A DNA stretch of 56,119 nt from Deltaproteobacteria bacterium (GTDB lineage Bacteria; Myxococcota_A; Polyangia; Fen-1088): assembly GCA_033763315.1 (NCBI GenBank), contig JANRKS010000003.1:1-56119 (forward strand). Direction: 5' to 3'. The position numbers and the translations under genes were made by a program. Below are positions 41,602 to 50,111 of the stretch, piece after piece. The notes below the pieces were generated by a model. It ran no database searches. It was not told where the DNA came from and saw only the letters and a program-made list of their open reading frames with translations. Within the stretch, counting starts at the first letter, position 1. Every line of letters starts with the position of its first letter.

Positions 41602-43224
41602 ATGCCGCACCGTCCCCTCACCGTCATTGGGTTTCTTGGCTCTACACTTGACCAAGGCAAGCGCGGCCCCGCGCGTTGGGAGAAGTGGCGTCCCACGGTG
41701 TCGCTGTGCCAACAGGACGATCTTCTGGTCGATACGTTGGTGCTTTTGCACAGCAAGGAATACCAGGGTTTGGCCGATTTCGTGGCGGCCGACGTGCGCC
41801 AGGTTTCACCTGAAACGAAGGTGCAGCTTGAGGTCGTGGCACTCAACGATCCTTGGGACTTGGAGGAGACCTACGGCGCCCTTCGTGACTTCGCCAAACG
41901 CATGGCGTTTGATCCCACGCGCGAGGACTACCTTTGCCATATCACCACCGGCACGCACATCGCCCAGATCTGCATGTTCTTGCTGGTGGAATCACGCCAT
42001 TTTCCCGCACGATTGATCCAAACCTCACCGGGTTCGGGGCGCGATGGCTCTGCAGCCGCGGGCAAGTACAGCATCATCGATCTGGACCTATCGAAATACG
42101 ACGGGATAGCCCAGCGCTTCCGCAAAGAGCGACACGAAGGCCTATCGTTTTTGAAGGCGGGCATCGACACACGGAACGCCAGCTACAACCGCATGATCGA
42201 ACGCATCGAACAGGTGGCGATCGCCTCGCGGGATCCGGTGCTATTGGGCGGCCCCACGGGCTCGGGCAAATCACACCTGGCTCGCCGCATTTACGAACTG
42301 AAGAAAGCGCGCCGCCAAGTGGCGGGTCTGCTTGTGGAAGTCAACTGCGCCACGTTGAGAGGCGACGCGGCGATGTCCACGTTGTTCGGCCACGTACGTG
42401 GCGCTTACACGGGCGCGGCCGAAGCACGCGCGGGCATGTTGCGCAAAGCTGACAAAGGTGTGCTTTTTCTCGATGAAATCGGTGAATTGGGCTTGGATGA
42501 ACAAGCGATGCTCCTGCGCGCCATCGAAGACAAAACCTTCTTCCCTGCGGGCTCGGACAAAGAGGTGCAAAGCGATTTTCAACTCATCGCCGGCACGAAC
42601 CGCGACTTGGTTGGCCGCGTGGCGGAGGGAAAGTTCCGCGAAGATCTCCTGGCGCGCATCAACCTGTGGACCTTCGTGTTGCCAGGCTTGCGCGATCGGC
42701 GCGAGGACATTGAGCCAAACTTCATGTTCGAGTTGGAGCGCGTGGGCGACGCGCTTCATACGCGCCTTTCGATCAGCAAAGAAGCGCTGCAGAAGTACCT
42801 GCAGTTCGCGCGTTCCCCCGAGGCCCTGTGGCCGGGCAACTTTCGCGATTTCGGCGCTTCGTTGCGCCGCATGGCCACCTTGTGCGAAGGCGGCCGGATC
42901 AGCGTGGCCGACGTGACCGAAGAGCTGGCACAACTGCGCGTGCAATGGCGCACGCAAGCCTTGCCAAGCCGCAAAGAAGATCTGCTCGCACAGCTGCTGG
43001 GCGCCGCGGGTGTTGAAGCCTTAGATTTGTTCGATCGCGTGCAACTCGAAGAGGTGGTGCGGGTGTGTCGCGCATCCCACTCGCTTTCGGAGGCGGGCCG
43101 GCTGCTGTTTGCCGCCTCACGCGCGGCGCGTTCTTCCACGAACGACGCGGATCGCTTGCGCAAATACTTGTCCCGTTTCGAGCTGTCCTTCGACAAGATC
43201 CAGGCCGCATTCGCCACTGGTTAA
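41602..43224 (+). CDS. rtcR: Sigma54-dependent RNA repair activator RtcR
   Basis: RWEKWRPTVSLCQQ, DPWDLEE.Y, HITTGTH (RtcR CARF-like domain); Walker A GPTGSGKS, GAYTGA, FLDEIGEL; C-terminal NDADRLRKYL. Confidence 0.96.
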   Translation: MPHRPLTVIGFLGSTLDQGKRGPARWEKWRPTVSLCQQDDLLVDTLVLLHSKEYQGLADFVAADVRQVSPETKVQLEVVALNDPWDLEETYGALRDFAKRMAFDPTREDYLCHITTGTHIAQICMFLLVESRHFPARLIQTSPGSGRDGSAAAGKYSIIDLDLSKYDGIAQRFRKERHEGLSFLKAGIDTRNASYNRMIERIEQVAIASRDPVLLGGPTGSGKSHLARRIYELKKARRQVAGLLVEVNCATLRGDAAMSTLFGHVRGAYTGAAEARAGMLRKADKGVLFLDEIGELGLDEQAMLLRAIEDKTFFPAGSDKEVQSDFQLIAGTNRDLVGRVAEGKFREDLLARINLWTFVLPGLRDRREDIEPNFMFELERVGDALHTRLSISKEALQKYLQFARSPEALWPGNFRDFGASLRRMATLCEGGRISVADVTEELAQLRVQWRTQALPSRKEDLLAQLLGAAGVEALDLFDRVQLEEVVRVCRASHSLSEAGRLLFAASRAARSSTNDADRLRKYLSRFELSFDKIQAAFATG

Positions 43225-43240
43225 GGGCGCCTCGCTCGCG

Positions 43241-43257
43241 TTGGCCCGCTTGTTGCT
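43241..43257 (+). promoter_or_regulatory. Sigma54 promoter upstream of the tRNA-like gene
   Basis: TTGGCCCGCTTGTTGCT, a close match to YTGGCACG-N4-TTGCW, starting 17 bp after the rtcR stop. Confidence 0.72.
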
Positions 43258-43325
43258 GATACCTCGAACGTCCGCTGAACAGCTCAGCGAACGTCACATG
43301 AGGAGCTTCAACAAGACTGACAACT

Positions 43326-43397
43326 GCTCTCGTAAGCATCTGGCGAGGCTGCCCGGCTGTCTACCGGGTGAGACGGGTTCGATTCCCGTCGAGAGCG
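43326..43397 (+). tRNA. Atypical tRNA-Asp(GUC)-like gene
   Basis: Acceptor GCTCTCG/CGAGAGC plus G73; D arm AGC/GCT with GG in the loop; anticodon arm CCCGG-CTGTCTA-CCGGG; T arm ACGGG-TTCGATT-CCCGT; no encoded CCA. Confidence 0.85.
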
Positions 43398-43437
43398 CGC
43401 GCGAATTCAAATCCGCTTTCAAGCGGACGTAGGTAGG

Positions 43438-43471
43438 CACGCGCCTGGGCATCGGTGGGCCCAGGCGCGTG
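43438..43471 (+). terminator. 13-bp GC-rich hairpin after the tRNA-like gene
   Basis: CACGCGCCTGGGC-N8-GCCCAGGCGCGTG perfect inverted repeat; lacks a U-tract. Confidence 0.5.
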
Positions 43472-43531
43472 GGCGCTCGGACGCTCGCGTGTTTGACTCG
43501 CCGGGCGGGCACGCGCAGTGTTGAGCACCGG

Positions 43532-44272
43532 ATGAGACTTTGGTTGCCTTTCACGATCATGCTGTTGGCGTGTGGTGGCCCCACGTCGATGGGGGGCTTT
43601 GCCGAACGCGAGGCCACGGCGACGCTGGTGAGCCAAGAGCCAACGGATGTGTGCGCACAGCACGAGGGGAACCTTGTGGTTGAAGTGCGGCGCGTTCAGA
43701 TCAATGAATACCCACACCACCATGATGACGGCCGCAAACAGCAGCCCTTGCTGGTTCGCTCGTTTGAGCATTCAAGCGTCAAGCCTCGGTCGGGCGACGT
43801 TGAAGCCTGGGTCAGCCCCAATAAATATGCATCGGGTGCCACGGTTGACGTGTTTGATGGCATTGCCGTGGTGAACCAACCTTTGCGCAACCTGCGCGGA
43901 TGGCAATTGGTGATCCGGTTGGCCGAAAACGATCGCACGGGTATCCCGCGCTGGGCGAAGGTGGCCACGAAGAGCTCGGGCGCTTCCACGGGCGTGGCCT
44001 TGGCGGGCGTGCCAGCGCCACCATCATCGCTCATCAAAGATGCGATCGAACAGCTTCGCAAGATCGACAACGACGATCTCATCTTCGTGTGGCGCGTGAA
44101 TGTGGCCGACGTGGAGGCGGCGCTGAAAGAACACACAGGCGGTTGGCCGGCGCACATCTACAAGTTGGCGACAACGCGACGAAGTAAGGGGGGGCCGGCG
44201 GCGACGCTCGAGTTGATGGCGTACGTGCAGCCTGAACTGGGGTGTGGGCGTGGTGCTGTAAAGCGCGATTAA
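43532..44272 (+). CDS. Hypothetical lipoprotein
   Basis: MRLWLPFTIMLLAC lipobox; fills the gap between the tRNA and WYL genes; no recognisable family. Confidence 0.65.
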   Translation: MRLWLPFTIMLLACGGPTSMGGFAEREATATLVSQEPTDVCAQHEGNLVVEVRRVQINEYPHHHDDGRKQQPLLVRSFEHSSVKPRSGDVEAWVSPNKYASGATVDVFDGIAVVNQPLRNLRGWQLVIRLAENDRTGIPRWAKVATKSSGASTGVALAGVPAPPSSLIKDAIEQLRKIDNDDLIFVWRVNVADVEAALKEHTGGWPAHIYKLATTRRSKGGPAATLELMAYVQPELGCGRGAVKRD

Positions 44273-44404
44273 CCTCTGCTTGCCGTGTGGCCCCTGAGCT
44301 CACCTTGTCCCACCATATTTGAGTCAGCAAAAGGTTTTGCTTGTACCCGTGGCGCCACGTGAAGAACATGCCCCTGCCAGGTCATCAGGGACCAAGGAGG
44401 GGCA

Positions 44405-45418
44405 GTGGCGAGAAACGATACGATTGTTCGGACGCTTACGGTGTTGCGGGCGTTGACGGAGTCGAAACGAGGCGTTGCACTCAAGGCCCTGGCCGACAAA
44501 CACGGGTTTGAGAAGCGCAACCTATATCGTGACATTCGAGCTTTAGAGGCTGCAGGGTTTCCGATTGAAAATGCCGACGGCCGCTACTGGCTAAGCGCAA
44601 GCTGGCGCATTCCCGGACCAGCCGGCATCGACGGAGATGAGCTACTAGCGCTGTTCGCGGCGCTGACATTGTCGCAGGGTTTACGCGGAACGAAACTCGG
44701 TAAGGCGCTGCAGCGCCTGTGGGGTAAGTTGGCGCTAAAGAATCAACAAGGCACCCTGCTCCCAGCCACCAATCCTTGGCTTAGTGTGCGTGCGCCTTAT
44801 GCGATCGACTACCGGCCGCTTGAACGCTTGATCAGCACGATCGAAGCAGCAGTCATCGAGAGGAAGGCGCTGCGATGTGTTTACAAGGCGCTGTCCACGG
44901 GCGAGGCAATTGACCGCATCATCGAGCCCACGGAGCTTCACTGGGATCCTGGGCTGGAATGCTTGTACGTCCTTGCCTGGTGCCGGTTGCGCGGCGACGT
45001 ACGCGTGTTTGCAGTGCATCGGTTCTTGGAGGTGGAACGCACCGATGAAGCGTTTGTGCCCCACCCTGAGGCAAACGCGAAGCGCTCGCTCGACAAAGCC
45101 TTTCGTGTATGGCGGGACAAGAATGTGTGCGAAGTGCAGGTGAAGTTCGCGAAACACCTTGCCGCCGAGATCGCGGAACGGCGTTGGAGCCCTGAACAAA
45201 AGCTGATAACCGCGGGCGACGGCAGCGTGCTCTTGAGTTTCCCCGTGGCGGGCTTAGCCGAAGTAGAGCGATGGGTGTTGGGATACGGCTCAGGAGCCCA
45301 AGTGGTGGCGCCGGAAGAATTGGTGGTGCGGGTGCGCGCTCACGTTGCGGGCATGGCGGTGGCGTACGGGGGTGGCGTCGTGGAGCGGAGGGGGACGCGG
45401 CACGAGGTGGCGAAATGA
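44405..45418 (+). CDS. HTH-WYL-WCX (YafY-like) transcriptional regulator
   Basis: HTH RNLYRDIRALEAAGFPI; WYL core LYVLAWCRLRGDVRVFAVHR; C-terminal RWVLGYGSGAQVVAPEEL; AGGAGG RBS before the GTG start. Confidence 0.93.
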   Translation: MARNDTIVRTLTVLRALTESKRGVALKALADKHGFEKRNLYRDIRALEAAGFPIENADGRYWLSASWRIPGPAGIDGDELLALFAALTLSQGLRGTKLGKALQRLWGKLALKNQQGTLLPATNPWLSVRAPYAIDYRPLERLISTIEAAVIERKALRCVYKALSTGEAIDRIIEPTELHWDPGLECLYVLAWCRLRGDVRVFAVHRFLEVERTDEAFVPHPEANAKRSLDKAFRVWRDKNVCEVQVKFAKHLAAEIAERRWSPEQKLITAGDGSVLLSFPVAGLAEVERWVLGYGSGAQVVAPEELVVRVRAHVAGMAVAYGGGVVERRGTRHEVAK

Positions 45419-45669
45419 GTTTGACAGAGGGTGAAAGCCAGCTTGGACATCTTGCTAATGAGTTCAGGTCCGGCGACGGAGGGGCGCATTACTCAACACT
45501 TCCATTGGACCTACGAATTCTGACCTTAGATGCGTCTGCGCGAATGATCGCGCCGGCATTGCAATCCTCACGTTCTCTTCGCATCGCATCGTGTCACGGA
45601 TATTTCGTGGACGAAAGAGTTTGACCCCAGGTGACAACGGACGCGGCCATGGTGGCGAGGAGAGAAGAG

Positions 45670-45747
45670 ATGAACTTTAGTTTTCGCTGGCGGGATTCGC
45701 ACGCAGCTAACTGGGACATCCGTCCGCAGGCAAGGAGTCGCTTATGA
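45670..45747 (+). CDS. Putative 25-aa leader peptide coupled to cas3
   Basis: GAGGAG RBS; MNFSFRWRDSHAANWDIRPQARSRL; stop overlaps the cas3 ATG (ATGA). Confidence 0.4.
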   Translation: MNFSFRWRDSHAANWDIRPQARSRL

Positions 45748-48290
45748 ACTTTGACGATGATTTCGCTCTACTCACCGGCAACGCGCCTTTTCCATGGCAG
45801 CGGGCGCTGTATGAACGCTTCGTCGCTCGCGACTTCCCCAGCGCCTGTGATTTGCCGACCGGGCTTGGGAAAACCAGCGTCATTGCGATCTGGCTGATCG
45901 CCCTTGCCAAAAATCCTCAACTCCCGAGGCGCCTCGTTTACGTCGTAAATCGACGCACAGTTGTTGATCAATCTACAAACGAGGCTGAGCGGCTTCGCGA
46001 ACAGCTTCCGAAGGCGCCACATCTATTGAGCGCACTCACAGGCCTAGCAGCCGTTCCTTCGACACACCCTTTGACGATTAGCACGCTGCGAGGCCAGTTC
46101 GCCGACAACGGCGAATGGCGCAGAGATCCTGCCAAGCCAGCGATTATCGTTGGCACAGTGGACATGATCGGCAGTCGGCTGCTCTTTAGCGGCTATGGAT
46201 GCGGATTCAGAAGCAAGCCCCTGCATGCTGGATTTCTGGGCCAGGACACATTGCTTGTGCACGACGAAGCTCACCTTGAACCCGCATTTCAATCGCTGCT
46301 CACTGCCATCTCCGCCGAACAACGGCGCTGCCATGAACCGCGTGCAATGCATGTCGTTGCGCTTTCAGCGACGAGCCGCATTCGGGCAGATTTCACGCTT
46401 GGAGATGAGGACACGAAAAACCCGGCAGTCCAAAAGCGACTTCATGCAAAGAAGGGTTTGAGACTTCATCAAATCGATGATCGAAAAGATCTTCCCGAGA
46501 AAATCGCTGCAACGGCATCCAATCTCGAAGGCAAGGTTATTGTTTTTCTATCGTCAGTAGAACACGCTGAGAAGTGCGCACAAGCATTACGAAAGAACAA
46601 AGCGAAGGACGTTGCTACACTTACGGGAACGATGCGCGGCGCCGAACGGGACCAATTGGTGCGCGACCCCGTTTTCGTCCGCTTTCTTCCGCGGACAAGT
46701 GACGGAGTGGAACCGCGTCCCGGTACCGTCTTCCTCGTTGCGACATCAGCCGGTGAAGTAGGCATCGATCTGTCCGCCGATCACCTGGTCACCGACCTTC
46801 CGCCGTTCGATGCACTCGCGCAGCGCCTGGGTCGCGTAAACCGCTACGGCGATGGGGATGCCGAGGTGCACGTCTATTGCGAGACCTTGAAGCCTCCAAG
46901 GGAAAAATCAAACAGCGAGGATGGCGCCGATGAAGACTACGCGGTCAATCGCAAGGACGAATACGACCAAGCGCGTTTCTTTGCGCGCGAACTTTTGGCC
47001 CAATTGCCCAATCGCAAGGACGACACCCGCGACGCTTCTCCGATGGCACTTCGCCTTTTGCCAAGCGATGCACGGGAAAAGGCGTCAACGCCTCAGCCTG
47101 ACATTTTGCACGTAGACGACCTATTGTTTGATCGGTGGTCATTCACCACCGTGACGGGTCCATTGCCGGGACGGCCGCCCGTCGCCGACTGGCTACATGG
47201 AAAGGCCGAGTGGGAACCACCTCGCACAGCGGTCGCTTGGAGAAAAGAGGTCGAGTGGCTGACCAAAGAACATCTTGGCCGCGAAACCCTTGATGACTTC
47301 CTCGCTGACTATCCGTTGCGAAGTCGCGAAACCCTAAGTGACCTCACAAGCCGCGTATCGAAACACCTGGAGCGCCTGGCCACGCAAGACCACGTCGGGG
47401 AACACAGCGTATGGCTGATTTCAAACAGGGACTCCGGTCGGATCCTCAAGCTCTCTGAGCTCATCACGAAATCGAAAGAGAGCCCCATCCTTCTTGAAGA
47501 CGTGACGATCGTGCTTGCTCCGCGTACAGGAGGGTTGAATGCGGGCTTATTGGATGGCGCTGCGGCGTTCACTCCTGACATCCACTACGACTTGGGACCG
47601 AAGGACGGAGAACGCATTGTTCACGAATCAGAAGCGCTCGTGGATCCGCCAAAAGGCATGCGGCTTGTGCGGACCCTGAAGCGCACGTCGGAACCAGAAG
47701 ACGAGGTGGTGTGGTGGCACCTTTATGCAGACTCACGCAAACCAGACGACGACGGATCAAGGAACAGTCGCAAAGAGCTGTTGCTTGATGTCCATCTCCG
47801 CTGGACCGAGAAGTGGGCCAAACGGCTCGCCGAGAAATTAGCTCTGTCGGAATCTGAGCAAAAAGCCCTAGCCAAGGCCGGACGAACGCACGACCTAGGA
47901 AAACAGCGACGCGTGTGGCAGCGATCAATCAAGCGGTTCGTCGAACCACCTCTTGCGAAGGGTCCAATGCAACCTTCGGAGTTGAACAACTATCGGCATG
48001 AGCTCGGATCTCTACACGACGGCGACTTCTCTGACTTGAACCAGGCGGAACGAGATCTCGCATTACATGCTGTCGCTTCTCATCACGGGCGCGCTCGCCC
48101 GCACTTCCCTGTTGAAGAAAGCTACGACCCAGAGCTGAAGGACGATGTTGTGGCTGCGCTAGTGCGTGAAGTTCCGCTTCGTTTTGAAAGGCTTCAGTGC
48201 AAGTACGGTCGATGGGGGCTTGCATGGCTTGAATCGATTCTACGCGCTGCTGACGTGCTCGGGTCTGAGGAACAAGAGGTGGCAGAGTGA
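45744..48290 (+). CDS. cas3: Type I-G (I-U) Cas3 helicase with C-terminal HD nuclease
   Basis: PTGLGKT, VNRRTVVDQ, GTVDMIGSRLLFSGYG, DEAH, QRLGRVNR; C-terminal HDLGK, RHE, HHG, RAAD. Confidence 0.95.
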   Translation: MNFDDDFALLTGNAPFPWQRALYERFVARDFPSACDLPTGLGKTSVIAIWLIALAKNPQLPRRLVYVVNRRTVVDQSTNEAERLREQLPKAPHLLSALTGLAAVPSTHPLTISTLRGQFADNGEWRRDPAKPAIIVGTVDMIGSRLLFSGYGCGFRSKPLHAGFLGQDTLLVHDEAHLEPAFQSLLTAISAEQRRCHEPRAMHVVALSATSRIRADFTLGDEDTKNPAVQKRLHAKKGLRLHQIDDRKDLPEKIAATASNLEGKVIVFLSSVEHAEKCAQALRKNKAKDVATLTGTMRGAERDQLVRDPVFVRFLPRTSDGVEPRPGTVFLVATSAGEVGIDLSADHLVTDLPPFDALAQRLGRVNRYGDGDAEVHVYCETLKPPREKSNSEDGADEDYAVNRKDEYDQARFFARELLAQLPNRKDDTRDASPMALRLLPSDAREKASTPQPDILHVDDLLFDRWSFTTVTGPLPGRPPVADWLHGKAEWEPPRTAVAWRKEVEWLTKEHLGRETLDDFLADYPLRSRETLSDLTSRVSKHLERLATQDHVGEHSVWLISNRDSGRILKLSELITKSKESPILLEDVTIVLAPRTGGLNAGLLDGAAAFTPDIHYDLGPKDGERIVHESEALVDPPKGMRLVRTLKRTSEPEDEVVWWHLYADSRKPDDDGSRNSRKELLLDVHLRWTEKWAKRLAEKLALSESEQKALAKAGRTHDLGKQRRVWQRSIKRFVEPPLAKGPMQPSELNNYRHELGSLHDGDFSDLNQAERDLALHAVASHHGRARPHFPVEESYDPELKDDVVAALVREVPLRFERLQCKYGRWGLAWLESILRAADVLGSEEQEVAE

Positions 48291-49036
48291 TTAACATGGA
48301 TGTCGATCCAAGAAACCCCGGTCACTTCTTTGGGTGCTGCGGTGTATTCGAACTCGCGCAGCGCCTTTGGCCCCATGCGACGGCACACTTCAATGGCGTA
48401 CGCTTCTCAATATCCGAAGGCGACTTGGAAGAACTCGTTTTGAAAACAGCACAAACCACGATTGAGGTACTGGAACCAGCAAACGAGACCTCTTCGGCAC
48501 TGAGGTTGACGCAACCGTTCGACCTACGTCTTGATTGGTGGAAAGCAGAACGTGGTTTAAAGACTTGGGCAGGTAGAATGTCGGTCAATCGTATCGCGAC
48601 GAGCCTTCAAAGGGACCTGCCGAACACGTTAAAAAACGGATTTTTCAATGATGGTCATGTCGTTTTCGGAAGTGATGGAAAAAAGGTAGAGCCGTACTAC
48701 TTCGATGGTCGCCGTGGTGCAACCGCACTGCCATTGGATGTTGGCTTTTCGTCCGATGCATTGTCTTTTGAAACGGTTGCCTTCAGCGCCACCGAGTTCT
48801 TCACGCTGGTAGGACTTCAGCGTTTTCGTCCCCGCCCCAGTGAAAAGAAGGCTCGTGTCTACAGCTACCGAGCCTGGCGCGAGCGTTTACCAGTGAGCCT
48901 GGCCGCGTTGGCATCAGCCGGTGTACTTCCCGACGAAGGGCCTCGTTTCCAGTTCGAGAGCACATTTCGTACAGACCAACGCAAGCATAAAGCCTTTTCC
49001 CCCGCAAACCCACTTCAAGGAGACCTCGATGAGTGA
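48287..49036 (+). CDS. cas8: Short type I-G large subunit (Cas8u/GSU0052-like)
   Basis: N-terminal DPRNPGHFFGCCGVFELA and late VGLQRFRP; lies between cas3 and cas7. Confidence 0.72.
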   Translation: MINMDVDPRNPGHFFGCCGVFELAQRLWPHATAHFNGVRFSISEGDLEELVLKTAQTTIEVLEPANETSSALRLTQPFDLRLDWWKAERGLKTWAGRMSVNRIATSLQRDLPNTLKNGFFNDGHVVFGSDGKKVEPYYFDGRRGATALPLDVGFSSDALSFETVAFSATEFFTLVGLQRFRPRPSEKKARVYSYRAWRERLPVSLAALASAGVLPDEGPRFQFESTFRTDQRKHKAFSPANPLQGDLDE

Positions 49037-50111
49037 AGCGATTTTTGACAAGTTACTCGGAGATTCTGCCGACGCACCCGCTGCGCTGGTATTGCGTGAA
49101 TATCTAACTCCTGTGGAAGGTAAAGACGGCGCGTTCTTTCCACCGACCTTTGCAGCAGCAGAAAACTCCAAAGAGTTTCCTGGCGGATACAACATCAACG
49201 ACTTGGGAAACGGAGAAAATGTGTGTTTGGTGGACTCGGTTGGTTCTCAAGCGAATCGCATTGAACCGCTATTCACAACGGAGAAATACGCAGCCCTCGT
49301 ACCGCAGATCCTTGTCGAGGCTGGAGAGAAAAAGATCAGCATTTTGCAGGCCGGCCATCGCGCCGGTGACGCCATCGTTCGGTGCACCGAACTAAAAGAT
49401 GGTTTGCAAGCGGCTTTCCAGTCTCTAAAAAAAGGCAATGCTCTGCCCCTGGCAAAATTGGCTCCAACCTCACTGGTGTTCGGAGTATGGGATTCGCGCG
49501 ACACCCAAGCAAAAGCGCCCCGTTTGTTGGCTGCCACCATTCGCGCGTTCAATGTCGCACCACTAACTCGTTCGGCGCAGTACAACCCCGCGACGGAATA
49601 CGTTGAAGAAGGTCTGCTTGATGACACCGAAGACAAGGCCATGCTCAAAGTCTATTCCGAACGCGGCTTTCGACACGTACCCGCTTCAGGCACCCACGGG
49701 GGCGTCATTGCAAGGGGCGACATTCGTCGCGAAGTAACTTTGCAGTTGGCAGCTCTTCGCCTCCTGCGCGCACCAAGTGAAGACGAGACGAAAAAACTTC
49801 GCGCTTACTTGTTAGGGCTTTCTTTGGTCGCCTTTACACAACCGGCCGTGGGCTTCTTAAGGCAAGGCTGCAACCTAGTGTTGGACGCAGACAAAAAGGC
49901 GGAAGCCAAAGTTGTTTATCCTGACGGGCGGAGGGAGGCATGGATCCTTACGCATATTGATGCGCTTGCGTTTGCGGTGAAGTCTGCCGCAAGTTTTGGC
50001 GTTGGCGAAAGCAAGCAAGTCAAATTCGATACAAAGCTAGCCAAGGACGATACGACCGCTCAAAGCAAGGAAGGTAAGAAGAGCGCACAGAAAAAGGCGA
50101 AGCCTTCATGA
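49029..50111 (+). CDS. cas7: Type I-G Cas7 (Csb1)
   Basis: FFPPTFA, LVDSVGSQANRIE, HRAGDA, PTSLVFGVWDSR. Confidence 0.93.
   Translation: MSEAIFDKLLGDSADAPAALVLREYLTPVEGKDGAFFPPTFAAAENSKEFPGGYNINDLGNGENVCLVDSVGSQANRIEPLFTTEKYAALVPQILVEAGEKKISILQAGHRAGDAIVRCTELKDGLQAAFQSLKKGNALPLAKLAPTSLVFGVWDSRDTQAKAPRLLAATIRAFNVAPLTRSAQYNPATEYVEEGLLDDTEDKAMLKVYSERGFRHVPASGTHGGVIARGDIRREVTLQLAALRLLRAPSEDETKKLRAYLLGLSLVAFTQPAVGFLRQGCNLVLDADKKAEAKVVYPDGRREAWILTHIDALAFAVKSAASFGVGESKQVKFDTKLAKDDTTAQSKEGKKSAQKKAKPS

Noticed and set aside
43260-43435. Canonical YrlA Y RNA call
   Set aside because: Arm order is that of a normal tRNA with an intact anticodon arm, and no rsr gene is in the window; kept only as an analogy.
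45415-45624. 69-aa ORF overlapping the WYL stop (ATGA)
   Set aside because: No recognisable motif and it covers the probable cas promoter. It cannot be supported, though it is not excluded.
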